Assembly: GCA_905178155.1 (NCBI GenBank)
Contig: CAJINV010000001.1
Coordinates: 62,001 to 126,000 of the forward strand
Length of the DNA stretch: 64,000 bases
Reading direction: 5' to 3'
Source: Amoebophrya sp. A120
Taxonomy: Eukaryota > Protista > Dinoflagellata
The first letter of the stretch is position 1, and every line of letters begins with the position of its first letter. Positions 24,207 through 36,500 of this stretch are shown here, one piece after another. The notes beneath the pieces are model-generated. The model was given only the letters and a program-made list of their open reading frames with translations, was not told the DNA's origin and did not search any database. The translations under genes and the position numbers were made by a program.

Positions 24207-27200
24207 ATGAGAATTATAAATACATTTACTTACATGATACAGCATCCGGAGCAGGATGAGGATGTGGCAGGCCCAGACTCTGGCTCCGCGGAGCATCTCG
24301 CCGCTGATTCGTCGGGAGGTATAGCGTCTTTCATTGGACTCGGCTCTTCCGCGTTGCGTTTCGTCGCACATGGCCTCTTAACGGTGCCGAGGACGGTGGT
24401 ATTGACTCTGCGCGCAATTGACCATTTTCGCGCTGTGGGTCCGGGGATCCGTTCAGCCAGCGATGCCGATTTTGTTAGCCGTCGCTTTGCACCACGAACC
24501 AGAGCCACTGACCTGGAAAACGGGGCTTCGGGTGATCGAAGTGGAGTCGGATTCTTGGCTTGGTTGGGATATAATTACACTGGTGGCGACGTGTCAAATG
24601 GCACCAGCATGCTTCCGGTGCTCTTGCCGGTAGTTGGCGGGGCTGGAGCCCTTTCCGAATTCGGAGGCGGGCAGGGGGGTTCCGCAGTTCTCCAGCTGCT
24701 CGCCCACTCGTCGTGGCCGGGCCCCATCATCAAGAACGCGGAGAGGTTTTTCATTAAGTCCAAGAGCCGCACGGCATTAGCTTTAGCATTACCGGGACCA
24801 GGGGGTAACGGTAACGCGAAAAACGTGCAGGCCGGGGACGTCGCGGAGCAGCCCCTGAAGATGCTGGAGGACCTTGCAGATGAGTCCTTCTTCAAGTTCC
24901 CGCCGGCCAATGGGGTCGGCGGCTCCGCGGGGATCATTGGCACGACTGGCACTGTTGCGCGACGACTTGCTTCAGACTGCATGTCGAAGGACAACAACGG
25001 TAAGACATGCCGTTCCGCCTCTGACGCCCCGGTGCTCTTGGCGCAAGCAAAAGCATTACTTGCACATCAGCCACCAGACCGCACCACCAGTGGCGAAATA
25101 AGAGAGCCGACAGCATACGATGTTGCCGCCGCAGTTGTTGTGACGTACGATCAAATCAAGTACTCTGCCCCCTGGCGCCAGATGAAGCCTGCCGATCCTT
25201 ATCACACAGTCAAGCACACCCATGCCGCGAATCGTTCACAAGATAGTTGCGTCAGCGCTTTCGCTTCAAAAGTGTAAGTGTTTCCTGTAAGTAGCGCTTC
25301 GATGCCAACATTTCTCATTATTTATTTTATATGATTATGATGTATATAATTTCTTCGCCTTGGAGGTTCAATATTGAAGTTGCAAGAAACAGAAAACTAC
25401 TGCAGAATGAGAGCGCTGAACGACTACGATCGCCAGGGCATTGCTATGCGTTTTTTTCGAATAGGAAGCACAAGGCCCTCCAGGCAGGCGGGGCTGATTG
25501 TTCTGGTTTTCGGGTTTGGCTAAAAACAAAACTCGTGGTAAAACAAACCGGGACACAGCACTCCGTGGCCCGCATGGGCATGTTGTCTAACACAGGACGC
25601 CAAGAAGAACAACGCGCCGCGAACGCCGTTGCGGTTGCGCTCTTGATGCTTACTATCGCCGCAGCGGCCCTGTTTGCACCACCGACCACCCAAAGCCCTT
25701 CACTCGCCGAGATACAGTACTGCCTTCCGAAGTTTCAAAATGAGATCCAAAAAAGCACGATTGCCGCCAGGATTGCTGAAGTGCTTCAGTCTCAGTCGAA
25801 AGGGGCCCCCCTAGCGGTGATTGCCGGGCAAGCGGTCTGCAATGTTGCAGCCGCAGCTTTCGGCGCGTTGATGACCGTGCCGGCGGAGGTACCTGAAGGC
25901 AAGGAGCTCGGCGACCAAGCAGGCGAATCGGTAAGCAGAGCGATCGCACGCGAGTTGGATGTGTGGGGGCGGGACTTCGCCCAGCAGGAGAATAAGAGTA
26001 ACAAGCTCATCTATCTGGCCGTGGCTCTCCTGATAGCCTCTCAAGTCATGAGGGAGGTTTTTCGTGTGTTGTTCGTTTCAGGGCTTTCGCACTTGTCCGG
26101 GGTTTTGGCGTGGACGCAGACCATTTGGGCAGAGACAGCAGCGCCGGCCCTTCATGACGCCTTAAGGCGGGCGTCTCTGCTAGATCAATTGGCGGTGGAT
26201 GCGCATCGAGCGAACAAAGAAATTGACAAAAACTTCCCTTCTAAGAATTTTTTTTCGGGGAAGCGGAATCCCGCGGCAGCTGATGGGAATGGTCTCCATT
26301 TTGTCGTCGAGCACTTCTTATCAAGTGCAAATGTGCCTAGGGGGTAGGGTAAACACCAAAAAAATTAGGCCGAAGGTGCAAAAAAGCTGGCGTTGAGGTC
26401 GGTGGTGAAGTTGGTGCCGAAGCTGGTGCCGAAGCTGGCGCCGAAGCTGGTGCCGAAGCTGGTGCCGAAGCCGGTGCCGCAGGTAGTTAATGAGAGGAGC
26501 GAGGAAAAAAAAAAAAAGCAAGCGCGCCTACTGTTCTTCAGATAGTGCGAGCTCACGGGTGCGCTCGCACTAGATTCATTTCTCGTTCCGGAGGACAGTG
26601 CTCTCTTGCACCCGTCGCATTTTGCATGACACCTACAAAAGTTTGTAGGTGTCATGCAAAATTGCATCGAATTGTTGAGAAGAAGAGCCCGCATTTATCC
26701 AGCATGCTATCGCCTTTCGGGCGATGGTATGCTGGAAGACCAAATCCCAGCAGCTGCCGCTGGAATGCCAGACGCTCCTCTTCCGGAAGGAGCTGCTGGT
26801 GGAAGAGCGAGCCCAGAAGTCCAGACATTTTTCTTGCTGGTGTTGAACCACTTTTCGCAGTTCGCCAGAAGCTGGCGTAGAAGAAGTTGTGTAGAAAAAG
26901 GCGCAGAAGCTGCTGACGAGGTTGGCAATACATTGCCAACCTCAACACCAGCTTCCGCACCAACTTCTTCACCACCTTCTACACCAGCTTCTGGCAAATG
27001 AAAAGTGATTTAATTCTAAAAGAAACATCTGACTTTGCGTGAAGGCTAGACCACTTCGGAAATTTTCAAAAAGTGCGACAATTGTCGCACTAATTGAAAA
27101 ATTCCCGAAGTGGTCTAGCCTTCACGCACAAAAGCAAGTTTTGCATGACAAACTTTATGCTTTCCTGATAAAAACTTCGAGCTTCAGAAGCAAACTGCAA

Positions 27201-28447
27201 ACGCCTTCGAACAAGCTTTCTTTGTATTTCAAGTGATATCACTCGACATACAAAGAGAGCTTGTTCGAAGGCATTACAGCTTGCTTCTGAAGCTCGAAAG
27301 TCGGTTTCTTTGCTGGAAATCATGCAAACTGTAAAGTTTGCATTTGTCATGCAAACTTTAAATAGACAATAGAATTATAGATATTGTCATGCAAACTGCA
27401 GAAGCTTGCACTTCTCGAGTCGACAGGTGCAAGCTTTTACAGTTTCCAAACAGAGAAATCTTGGCAGTTGGCAACTACATGGCACGAACGGCGGGGCTTT
27501 GGAACGTTTTGCGCAACAGTTGCAGGCGGGCTCGGCGCACCAGCACCAGAAGCCACGACCTCCTGATGCATCTGCGTGATCGCCCTTAATATTCGTCGAC
27601 GGCAAACTAACCCGGAACGCGTGCGCGCGAAAGTCGTGTCAAAAAGTGCGACACAGCACACACATTCGGAGTGCGCAGATGGGCACAAGCTGCGCACTTT
27701 TTTCGCAGCAAAAACGCCAGAAATGTGAAAAAAGCTGTATTTTTATCAGCCTAAGAGTTTTGGATTTTCCTACCCCCTAGGCACATTTGCACAGGATACT
27801 TCTGGGTTGATATTGCTCGCGCGATACGTAATTCTTTCCCGGCCGAGGCGGAGGGAGCGTATCAAGCGCTCCTCGGCCCAAGATTTGAACATGTCGCACA
27901 GACGATGACGGATGCTGCCACTGCATGGCTGCCACGTTTCGAAGTACCCAGGACCGAACCGATGTCGGCGCGGCCGATGGCCTTAGTTAAGAAGGTCACA
28001 GGCACAAGTCCAAGTAAAGTCGACCACGCTCTCTCAACTGCAGCAGCCTCGTCGCAGGCTAGCCAGTGCTTGGCGTCGTTGTTGCCCCTCTTAGATCTTC
28101 TCAGCGATGAAGCGCTCGCCACTCGTAGTCGCGACGGCTTCGAGACTGTAGCGACCACAGAGAGGAAGAAGCTGGCAAAGGAAGCGAAGACCCTGGCAAC
28201 GAAAGCCACGCAAATGCTCGTGCATGGACCGCCTGCCGCTGACAGCCCAGGAACAGACGGAGGGGGAGGCCTGGTCGGAGCATTAAAATTGGTGCTGGAA
28301 CTGCCAGTAGTGCCTCCGCCATTGGATCCAAAAGAAGCAGACTTTAGCTTGCGAGAATCCAACACTATTGCAGATGAAAGGTTGGAGAACATGCTCCGCG
28401 TCGAGCTTGCGACGATGTTTGGCAAACGCGTAGAAGGCGATGAATGA
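24207..28447 (+). CDS. Uncharacterised Ala/Gly-rich protein with hydrophobic segments; exons ~24207-25273, 25366-26318, 27804-28447
   Basis: Three ORFs are joined in phase by a GT-AG intron (25274-25365) and by excision of a 1.48-kb TIR element (…VEHF|WVDIARAIRN…TMTDAATAW…). Confidence 0.65.
26319..27798. mobile_element. Large (1480 bp) introner, family E, TSD CTTCT/CTTCT, with internal 12-bp tandem repeats and nested hairpins
   Basis: TATCAAGTGCAAATGTGCCTAGGGGGTAGG ... CCTACCCCCTAGGCACATTTGCACAGGATA. Confidence 0.85.
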
Positions 28448-29999
28448 CAAAAATTTGCATCAACGTGATGAACTATTTGCGGGCACACTTTCACAGGGAC
28501 AGGCGCCAGCGCCACTTCGGGGAGCGAGAGTGTGAATATGACGCGGAGCAGTTTTGACTTAATGGCCGACTTTAAAAAAATCGAAAAATAGTGACTGTCA
28601 CAAACTTTTTTCGTTCAGATTGATACCATATCGAGGCGGGAAGACGAGACTATGGACGCTGATTTCCAGCGACGAAGCTGCAAAGCCTATCTATACTTAC
28701 TTACATGCTTCTAATTGTAAACTCTATTTGTTCTTGTTGTTCTTGCAGATCTTTATTTACACAGTATATAATTTGTTATTCTGAAAAATTTCAGTTTTGA
28801 TTTTCGTTTTGATCGTGATGCATTCCATTTCTTTGCCCTAATTCTCATTTACCTAATTGAACAACGTGCGTGTAGTTTGAATATATATTAAGAACATGAT
28901 CTCCGACTAGCACGACGACAACAGCATAGAAGACAAACAATATACGTATGGTGTCGAGACTCACGTCATGGCTCGTCGTTCCTGCTGTTCGACGAGATGT
29001 CACGTCCAGGCCCATCATGATGTTGTCATTTTCTTCTTGTGTGTTCAGCTCATGTGCGCTGCCCAGGCTTGGCGGTTCGACATCAAAGCGGGTACTTTTT
29101 CGTCTCGTCCTGGTGGCAATTATTTGCTGAGACACGGTTCGCCAGCCACTTACTCTCAGGAACTCAATTAGCCTTAGCATGTACAACGGCTACTCGCTCG
29201 CCTGAAGAAGCGAGCACGCAATTGATAATTTCTCTCTCCGGGGTATGGATATTCTTATGCATTCTGTAGTGAAAGTGTCGAGTTATTGGCATCGCAGCTC
29301 CCCTCTTGAGCTTAACGTCAAGATCGCCATTTGCGGATTTTGATTGATGTCGACCTTGATGGTAAGGGACAAGAAGTAGTCGCACAAATGTGGGAACGAA
29401 ACACGGCAGAAACTTCGGTGTGTATGATTTCGCGGCCGGCGCATGGTGCTGGTGGGCAACGTTGGCGCAATCTGCGTAGTTCGTCTGGAGGTTCTTACCC
29501 CGGCGTCTTTGCTTCGCCTCCGCGCAACGTCAGCACTTCTCCGAGCTAATTTATTTCTGAGGTGTGGGATAGGAATCGGAACGAAGAAGCAGCGATCGGA
29601 TTATCATGACAACCTTCCGACTTTTGTGTCGATGAATGTTGTTGGCACCAGAATCAAAGTATCGATCTATTTGTCAATTATAGTTGTACCTGATAGCCTT
29701 AGGCCTAGCCAGCACCTGCTGCACAGGGCGCGAACTTCCTTTCTATACACGTTTCAGTTTTTGGTATACACAAATGAACGGCAAGTGCAAGGCGTAACGC
29801 GACAAGAAGTAGAACAAAAGGACCCGCGTGTGTGTTCATCATGGCAAGAAGAAATTTAGCATCAGTAGAAATTTTCGTGAGCCTGGCTCTACTCTCTCGG
29901 ATCACGTATCTATAGCAAGTTTACAAGTTGACTCGTTTTTTTAGGTAAAAACTATAGCAGCGTTTTTAGCTAGCTCCTTTGCACGCGTGGTCATTACCG

Positions 30000-32314
30000 A
30001 TGCGCGGCCCACCAGCGGGCGTGTCGATGTCTGCTCGCGCCTTTTCGTCTGCAAGTTGCACTTCTAAATCGCAGACTTCATCTGAGCGTTGGCGCGGGTT
30101 TCTGGGTTGTAGTAGTTCCCCATGCCCGGCCTCTTCGTCTACTACTTCAAGTTGTTTATGCGCCGTGGTGACATCTTCGATGACGACAACAACTAGCGCC
30201 ACGACTGAAACTGGAAGTAAGCGCAGGGCAAATTCTTGTTCAATTCGCATCAATCGACTAGGAGAACAACCTGCAGCTCTATTTTTGCAGCATCAACACC
30301 AACAAGTGCGGTTTCTCCGCGAACGGGTGCGCAAATCCAATGCTTGGGACGATGTGTACACGCTGGAAAACCCGAAATACGGCAAGACCTGGCCGTATGG
30401 ATGTGTCAGAGTTGAAATCGACAAGGTTGAAAGTCAAAGTAATTTGTAATGCATAAAACGGATACCAGGCCTAGTTTTCAAGTGGCGCGTGACAAATCCA
30501 GTCTGCAATGCTGTTTGGGGAAGGGAGACGCCTTCTGTCGTGCTACTTTAGTTGCTCTATTTCTACCCCTCAACAGGCTTACAGCCTGCCTCTCTTGCCT
30601 ACTCTGCAAGACAGGCACTTCGTGGGTTGCATTTTATGCATCGCAAACTATTTCAGCTCTGGTCTTTGACGATTTCAACCCTGACGCTTCCATAGGCCGC
30701 CCGACATGTCGGAGATCGGGGAACCAAATACCCTGCCGAGAATGCGAAATCTGATGCACCAGTTGCAGGTAGAGGAAATGCAGAAATTGGAGCAAGAACG
30801 GTCCTACAAGATGCCAAAACTCGGGCTGGGAGACCTGGTCACGGTATAGATTTGATAGATTCTGATTCGCATTCAATAAGTTCATATCAACATCGCAATT
30901 TGAAGAAGACCGTGTGGTCATGGCAAAGAATAATACGTCCACGTCGCAAAAACTTCGATGAGTATCCTGGTGGCCCGCCCACCAGTAGGACTTACTACCA
31001 CGAGGGGAAGCTAACTACTACGAAGAGCAAACACCACCGCCAGGTGAAATATGAGCTGTCCCGTTCCCAGCAGACGTTCGCAACCTTCACCGGCTACTGC
31101 GTTGGCTTGCGGAAGCGCCGCGCCGCCAGTGCGATGGTGTTGAAGAATACTTACGACGGCATTGCGGTGCAGCAACTGCTATGAGCTGCAAAAGAAAAAG
31201 TATCGTACTAGTATAAATTGCAATACAAATTCTCCCAGCATTAGAGATTGTTTGAGTTTCAGTTTGTAATGCGGATTTTCCTTAACCTTAAATAATGCCT
31301 AGATCTGTAATGCATAACTGCACTTAGAAGTACGAGTGCGATGCTTTTGCACAGGATAACTGCTTCCGATTTATAACCCGCGGCTGCTCAGCGTCCGGGT
31401 GGACAAGGAGGCCAGCAAGCTTATGGCATCCTCAACTATTACAACATTGACATTCTCAACTGTTACATGATTTGTCATGCAAAATCACTATCATAACATC
31501 GCCACGATCAAGCTACTTCGCATAACAAATTCTCGACGACGCCCTAAATTGCACTAGAATTATCCGCGCCAAATCTGTAATGCAAGATGTGCAAGGTTCT
31601 CGCTCTCACCTGTGCTATTCTTGCGTTGCAAATCCATGTAACAGTTGAGAATCCAACGTTTGAGAGTGCCATAAAGTTCGTGACCGAGGAACAGCTGAAG
31701 GTGGACCGGCGGAAAAAAAGCCGCATATCCAGTGCAAAAGCATCGTACTCGTAGTAATTGCAATTATGCATTACAAATCCCCATCCCAAGGTAAACGTAA
31801 AACAGCATGAGAAATTCCATTTGTCATGCTAAGGCAATTTGTAATGCAATTACTACTAGTACGATGCTTTTGCATTGCATACCGCAACTACCGCAACAAC
31901 TGGCAGTACTACAAGCTGGGTCGGTGGCGCAGCTCCAACCGGAAGTACTGGTGGCGACGGCCGGCGCGAAGCGGAATCCTGAACGTGGAGAACAAGCTGC
32001 GCACAGAGTACGCGCACTTGCGAAAGAGGTATGCGGTACAACGAGCCGCGGCGGGGCTCCCGCCCTACATTCACCCCGGGCCGTACCACATCACGAGGCG
32101 GCAGACGCGGGAGGTCCGCGCGGAGATGGAGCGCCGGATGCTCGTCCATGCCTGGGACGAGCGGCGCCTGCGGTTTGCGAAGCTAGCACGGCGGAAGCGG
32201 CAACAGCGGTGGGGCATCTGCCACGTGAAGCGGAAGGAGAGCAACGTCAGGCGGGGGTCTCACGCGAAGGAACGCCTGCCCGGGTACCACGTCCTGAATC
32301 ATGCCGAGAGCTAG
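30000..32314 (+). CDS. MRPL19: Mitochondrial-type ribosomal protein bL19 with N-terminal presequence-like segment and long basic C-terminal extension; exons ~30000-30395, 30700-30843, 31044-31179, 31364-31421, 31679-31725, 31887-32314
   Basis: The reconstructed peptide LMHQLQVEEM…MPKLGLGDLVT|VKYELSRSQQTFATFTGYCVGLRKRRAASAMVLKNTYDGIAVQQL|LPIYNPRLLSVRV matches the bL19 pattern (P.F..GD.V.V…F.G.VI…ST..LR….G..VE..FP.YSP.I..I.V). Confidence 0.8.
30396..30694. mobile_element. Introner, family F, TSD GGCCG/GGCCG
   Basis: TATGGATGTGTCAGAGTTGAAATCGACAA ... TTGACGATTTCAACCCTGACGCTTCCATA. Confidence 0.88.
31180..31358. mobile_element. Introner, family C, TSD ACTGC/ACTGC
   Basis: TATGAGCTGCAAAAG..TATCGTACT ... 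GTGCGATGCTTTTGCACAGGATA; interrupts the bL19 core. Confidence 0.85.
31422..31673. mobile_element. Introner, family B, TSD AAGCT/AAGTT
   Basis: TATGGCATCCTCAA..TTCTCAACTGTTACATG ... CATGTAACAGTTGAGAA..TTGAGAGTGCCATA. Confidence 0.85.
31726..31881. mobile_element. Introner, family C, TSD CCGCA/CCGCA
   Basis: TATCCAGTGCAAAAGCATCGTACTCGTAGTAATTGCA ... TGCAATTACTACTAGTACGATGCTTTTGCATTGCATA. Confidence 0.9.
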
Positions 32315-33585
32315 TAGGAAAGTAGATGTGTGCTCGGTGGACTGGTGCTTCGGGAGCTGCAGGAGGTGATGCGCGGCTCGAGGCGTTGTGTGTTTTATTT
32401 GTATCACTGTCTTCTTCTATACCTTTACCTTCTCGTTCTCCGACTCCGCCCCCGAGGTCGGATGAAGAAGACGGAAGCATCATACACGAACACGGCGAGG
32501 ACTTGAAGACAAGCCTAGGGATTCGTACATAGAATTACATCTGCTTCTGCATGTTTTTCTTTACACACGGTCGAAGAGCAAGAGTCCTCCCTGGGAACTC
32601 CTACAAAGTACTTTTCACGCGGACCACACGTCTAAGCGAGCGCCAAATGTGAATGTCACAAAAGCAAACGCATGCATCGTGAGCAGCCACAATATGTTTT
32701 TTGGAAGGTGGGAAAGAGCTGCACAATTTTTCGTGCGCACGTAGAAGCGACCACTGCGAGGACAGCTTTTCAAAGTAGAATACAGAATGTCGCTGAGACG
32801 ATAAAAGATGCAATGAGAATTTATAGATACAAAGAAGAACGAGCGCATATAGAATCAATCAGCAGAAAAAGAACAGGCAAATACCCTCACAAGTCGTCCC
32901 TGTGCTGGTGCAGCTATGTTTTTATTTTATTCTCAAAACAAGCACTCCGGGTCCGGTTTGCCGTAAGAGTAAGACGGCCTCGGTCATTCAAAACGGAAAA
33001 AAGTTGTGAAAATGGAGTCGGTACTTGAGAGAACGAACTGTAACTGAGCTTGCTCTAGTCTTGGAATTTTTGCTTCAGACATCCGCACCATCTGGTTTTA
33101 CTCTTATTATCTTGGTGCATTATGTGCTACATTCATTATTGTTGACTTTTTCAAATTCAACTGTGACAGGGCGGCCCGAAAAGTGAAACCTCCTCCCCCA
33201 CTCTTTTGCTAGACGAGTACGACCACTAATTATTCAGAGTAGAGGTGGTTTTCCTCATATACCTGAAGCGCAAAACAAAACTGCAAAGAAAGAGTAGTAC
33301 GTGCTCAAATTATAAAACAAAAACACAGCAAATCATAATCATTTATCATTATATCGGTTTCAAGAGATCAATCCCAAGGACAATCGTTATTTTTTTGCTT
33401 CGATACAAGAACGCTTTTCCTTTTTGGTTCTGAATCTTTTCCCGTCGATTTTTTCCCTCCATTTGCATTCCGTTTTTTGTGTTCTTTTTCTTTCTTGTGG
33501 AACTCTTTACTGCGCCGTAGTTCTGGACCACGAGGAGGTGCACGGGCCAGAACGTCTACGTCGCGTACCTAAGCGCAATCGAAAA

Positions 33586-36500
33586 ATGCCCACTCGAATA
33601 CATCACCTCTTGGCCGCCGCTTCGGCGGCCACCTCGGCTTCGTCCATGTCCGCGCCCGTGGTACCCGCGGGGTTGTCACAGTCAAACGTCTTTGACCTGG
33701 AGCCAAAGGCCATGTTTAAACACAACACTTCGGAGCTACACTGCCCGGACCGAGAGCTGATTCACCCGTGCACCACGGAGCTCACGGGCTACTTGAAAGG
33801 TACAAACTTGATGTTGTGTCCTTCGACGCTTTGTTTTCTGACGATGGTTGTAGAAGGTCTGGATTATTTTCGTATTATGCTACTATTACCAATTGTACCT
33901 AGATTGGTGGCTTTTGTACTCCGTGTCCTGCTTCTTGTTTTATTAAATGCGGCAAAGAAGTCCCTCACCCGTGATGGAACTCACACTGTACAAAATTCCG
34001 ACCCCACACCCAATATCATTCCAGGCAAGAACCTTCGAGACGAGGGTTTTAAGCAATCCGCCTACGACTGCGCAAAAACGGTTTACGACTCGGTTGACGA
34101 TTTCTGGATAACGAAAAACATGACCCACCTCCTGTTGGACCTGGACACAAGCTATCAAATATAAAAATGTCTAGGTCTGGAAGAGTGCAAGTTTGTCACG
34201 CTTGTCTGGCATGACTCGGGAATCTGTGTTGCATAGTCACGAAAAAGCCCTCTTGTTAGCTTCGGAGGATTTCGAAGGAATTCGGCAAGCTCAATTATGA
34301 GCTAGTGAGTAATCGAGTGGCAACAGGATCAAAGTCAGAAACTCAGTGGGGGGCTGCGCATCCCACAACATTCACCTCAGCAACGCGGATCAAATTTTAT
34401 TTCTATCAGTATATCGTTCTGCCGCCTCCCCGGGCGGGATAAAAATACGGCTTTTCTCATGATCACGAGATCATTTCTGGTTTCTGTTCCAGATCAGCTT
34501 CAGATCAAAATCAGACATTTTTTTCGCAGACAACAGCACCACATAACATACAACTTGAGGAACGTGGCTTCGCCACTGCGAAAAGATTCAACTCAGCTTC
34601 CCTGAAGCTTCATCTCTTCGGCCTCTGGTCGATCTGGGATTCTTTCCAGGAAGTTCTCGTGTTCAGCCTCAGGCCAACTCAACTCCAATGTAGGAGTTAC
34701 TCTTTTTCACTTCCCGTTCAGCAAAACGGGCAACGCACGTTTCATCGTATTCGCTTTTTTTACATCGGGGGAGAGAATCAAGAGCGAGTTTTTCGTTTCT
34801 TTCATCTTTCCATCTGGAATCAGTCGCTAAAGTTTTCTTCCATTTGTTGGCGCAGGGGGAAACCATTTTCTGACCGCATGGTCTCAGAGCGATTCGTGGC
34901 TTTTTTTCGATTCAACGCGCATCAGCTGCTTCCAGCTTTCGAGAGAATTGATCTCTGTTCTCGCGCAAGTTCCTCTTCTGAAAGGTAGTAGCTAGATCTC
35001 CTTCTCACTCGACTCAATTTGACGATGCTCATCAGTAACATTCAAAAATGGACGACTGTCGCACCCCCTCTCCGAGAGGACGCGGGTACCAAATCTACGC
35101 CTCTTTTTGCGTAAACGGTTGCAAACGGTGGACAGCGCTCCGATCGGTTTGCGGCCGTCGGTCATCGTGCCCACGCCCTGGGTGCGAATTAAAAGGCTGC
35201 TTCCTGTTCCTGGAAGACAGTGAACTCAACAACTTCGTGCAACTCAACGACGCACTTATTTGTGGTGAGTGCCACCCACCTTCCGACGCCGCTTCACGCG
35301 TTGCCTTGGGCATTTGCTGCTCATTGGATAATTGGAAACCTAGTGGTCACGGATTGCCCAAGATTCCCTACCGGTTCAGCAGGAAGGCCAAGTTCGCGAC
35401 GCAATGGCCTCCACCCCCCCCGCGCGGGGCATCAAGCACAGGTTTATTCACTCAACGCGCATCATTTTTTGTTATTTCGTTTGTTGATTCTCTTCTTGTA
35501 CTTGACTTTTAAATTTCCAAAACGATCCATCACAGATCGGAAGTAAGCAGCTCTTCGAGTTCTTCGGAGAGCCGCTCAAGCAGCTTGAGCGACGTCCTTT
35601 TTTCGCCAGTAGTGCGGAAAGCAAATTGCTGCAGATGTGAGGAGCTCGAGAACATCATCCATTTTCTCATCGAAGACTCCTTCAAAGGCTCCAAAACGCC
35701 CGACATTAAGTACCGCTCGGACTGCGCAGGATGCATCTGTGCGAGACGACAAGCGCAGTACGCCGCCTGTTATGCCGCGGAAGTTTCAGCATGCACTGAA
35801 GCGCGGGCGCAATCAAAGATCATCGAGGACGTCATGGAGATGTTGGACGAAGCAACTCAGCAAGTCGCGAGAATAGACGAGGCTTACGACAAAATCAACC
35901 TCTCAATGACCATGGTTTCGCGATTAGCCTACGACCTCGCAGACAGCAACCTGGAGGCTTCTTCTTCCCTCTCCAGAACCTTCTTGAAAAATCTTGACAA
36001 CCTCTTCTACTACAACGGCCAGCTCGCCAACGTAGCGCACCGCTTGCGTTACAGCGTAATCAACAAACGCAATCAGCTAGTTTTCTACTCCAGGGAATTC
36101 GCCGACGCAAACGTCAACTTCACAAGCAAAATCAAAAAAATCAGGGAGCGACTCCGAAACTCGATCAAATCGCGGTGGGTTGACTTCCCCCTGGAGCTGG
36201 AGATCAGCAACGAAGACGACCGGAAAGCGGCAAGGCACGCGAAGATGATCGTTGCGGTGGCGCGCTACCTTCATAAGGACATCAGCAGCCCGCAGGTGGA
36301 TCATGAAAACTACTGGTGGCACCACACAGCGCACGAACCAACACTCTTTGAACAATCCGGAGAGTGTTATAGTGTCGGAAATGAATTGCTCGGGCTGAGT
36401 GATCCTAGTGATGAAAAAGATAAGTATGCTATATTGGAGGGTTACGATTTTAGAGTGGTTAGAATGCATCCTAATTCTCCGTGCGAGTCGCGGGAGTCCC

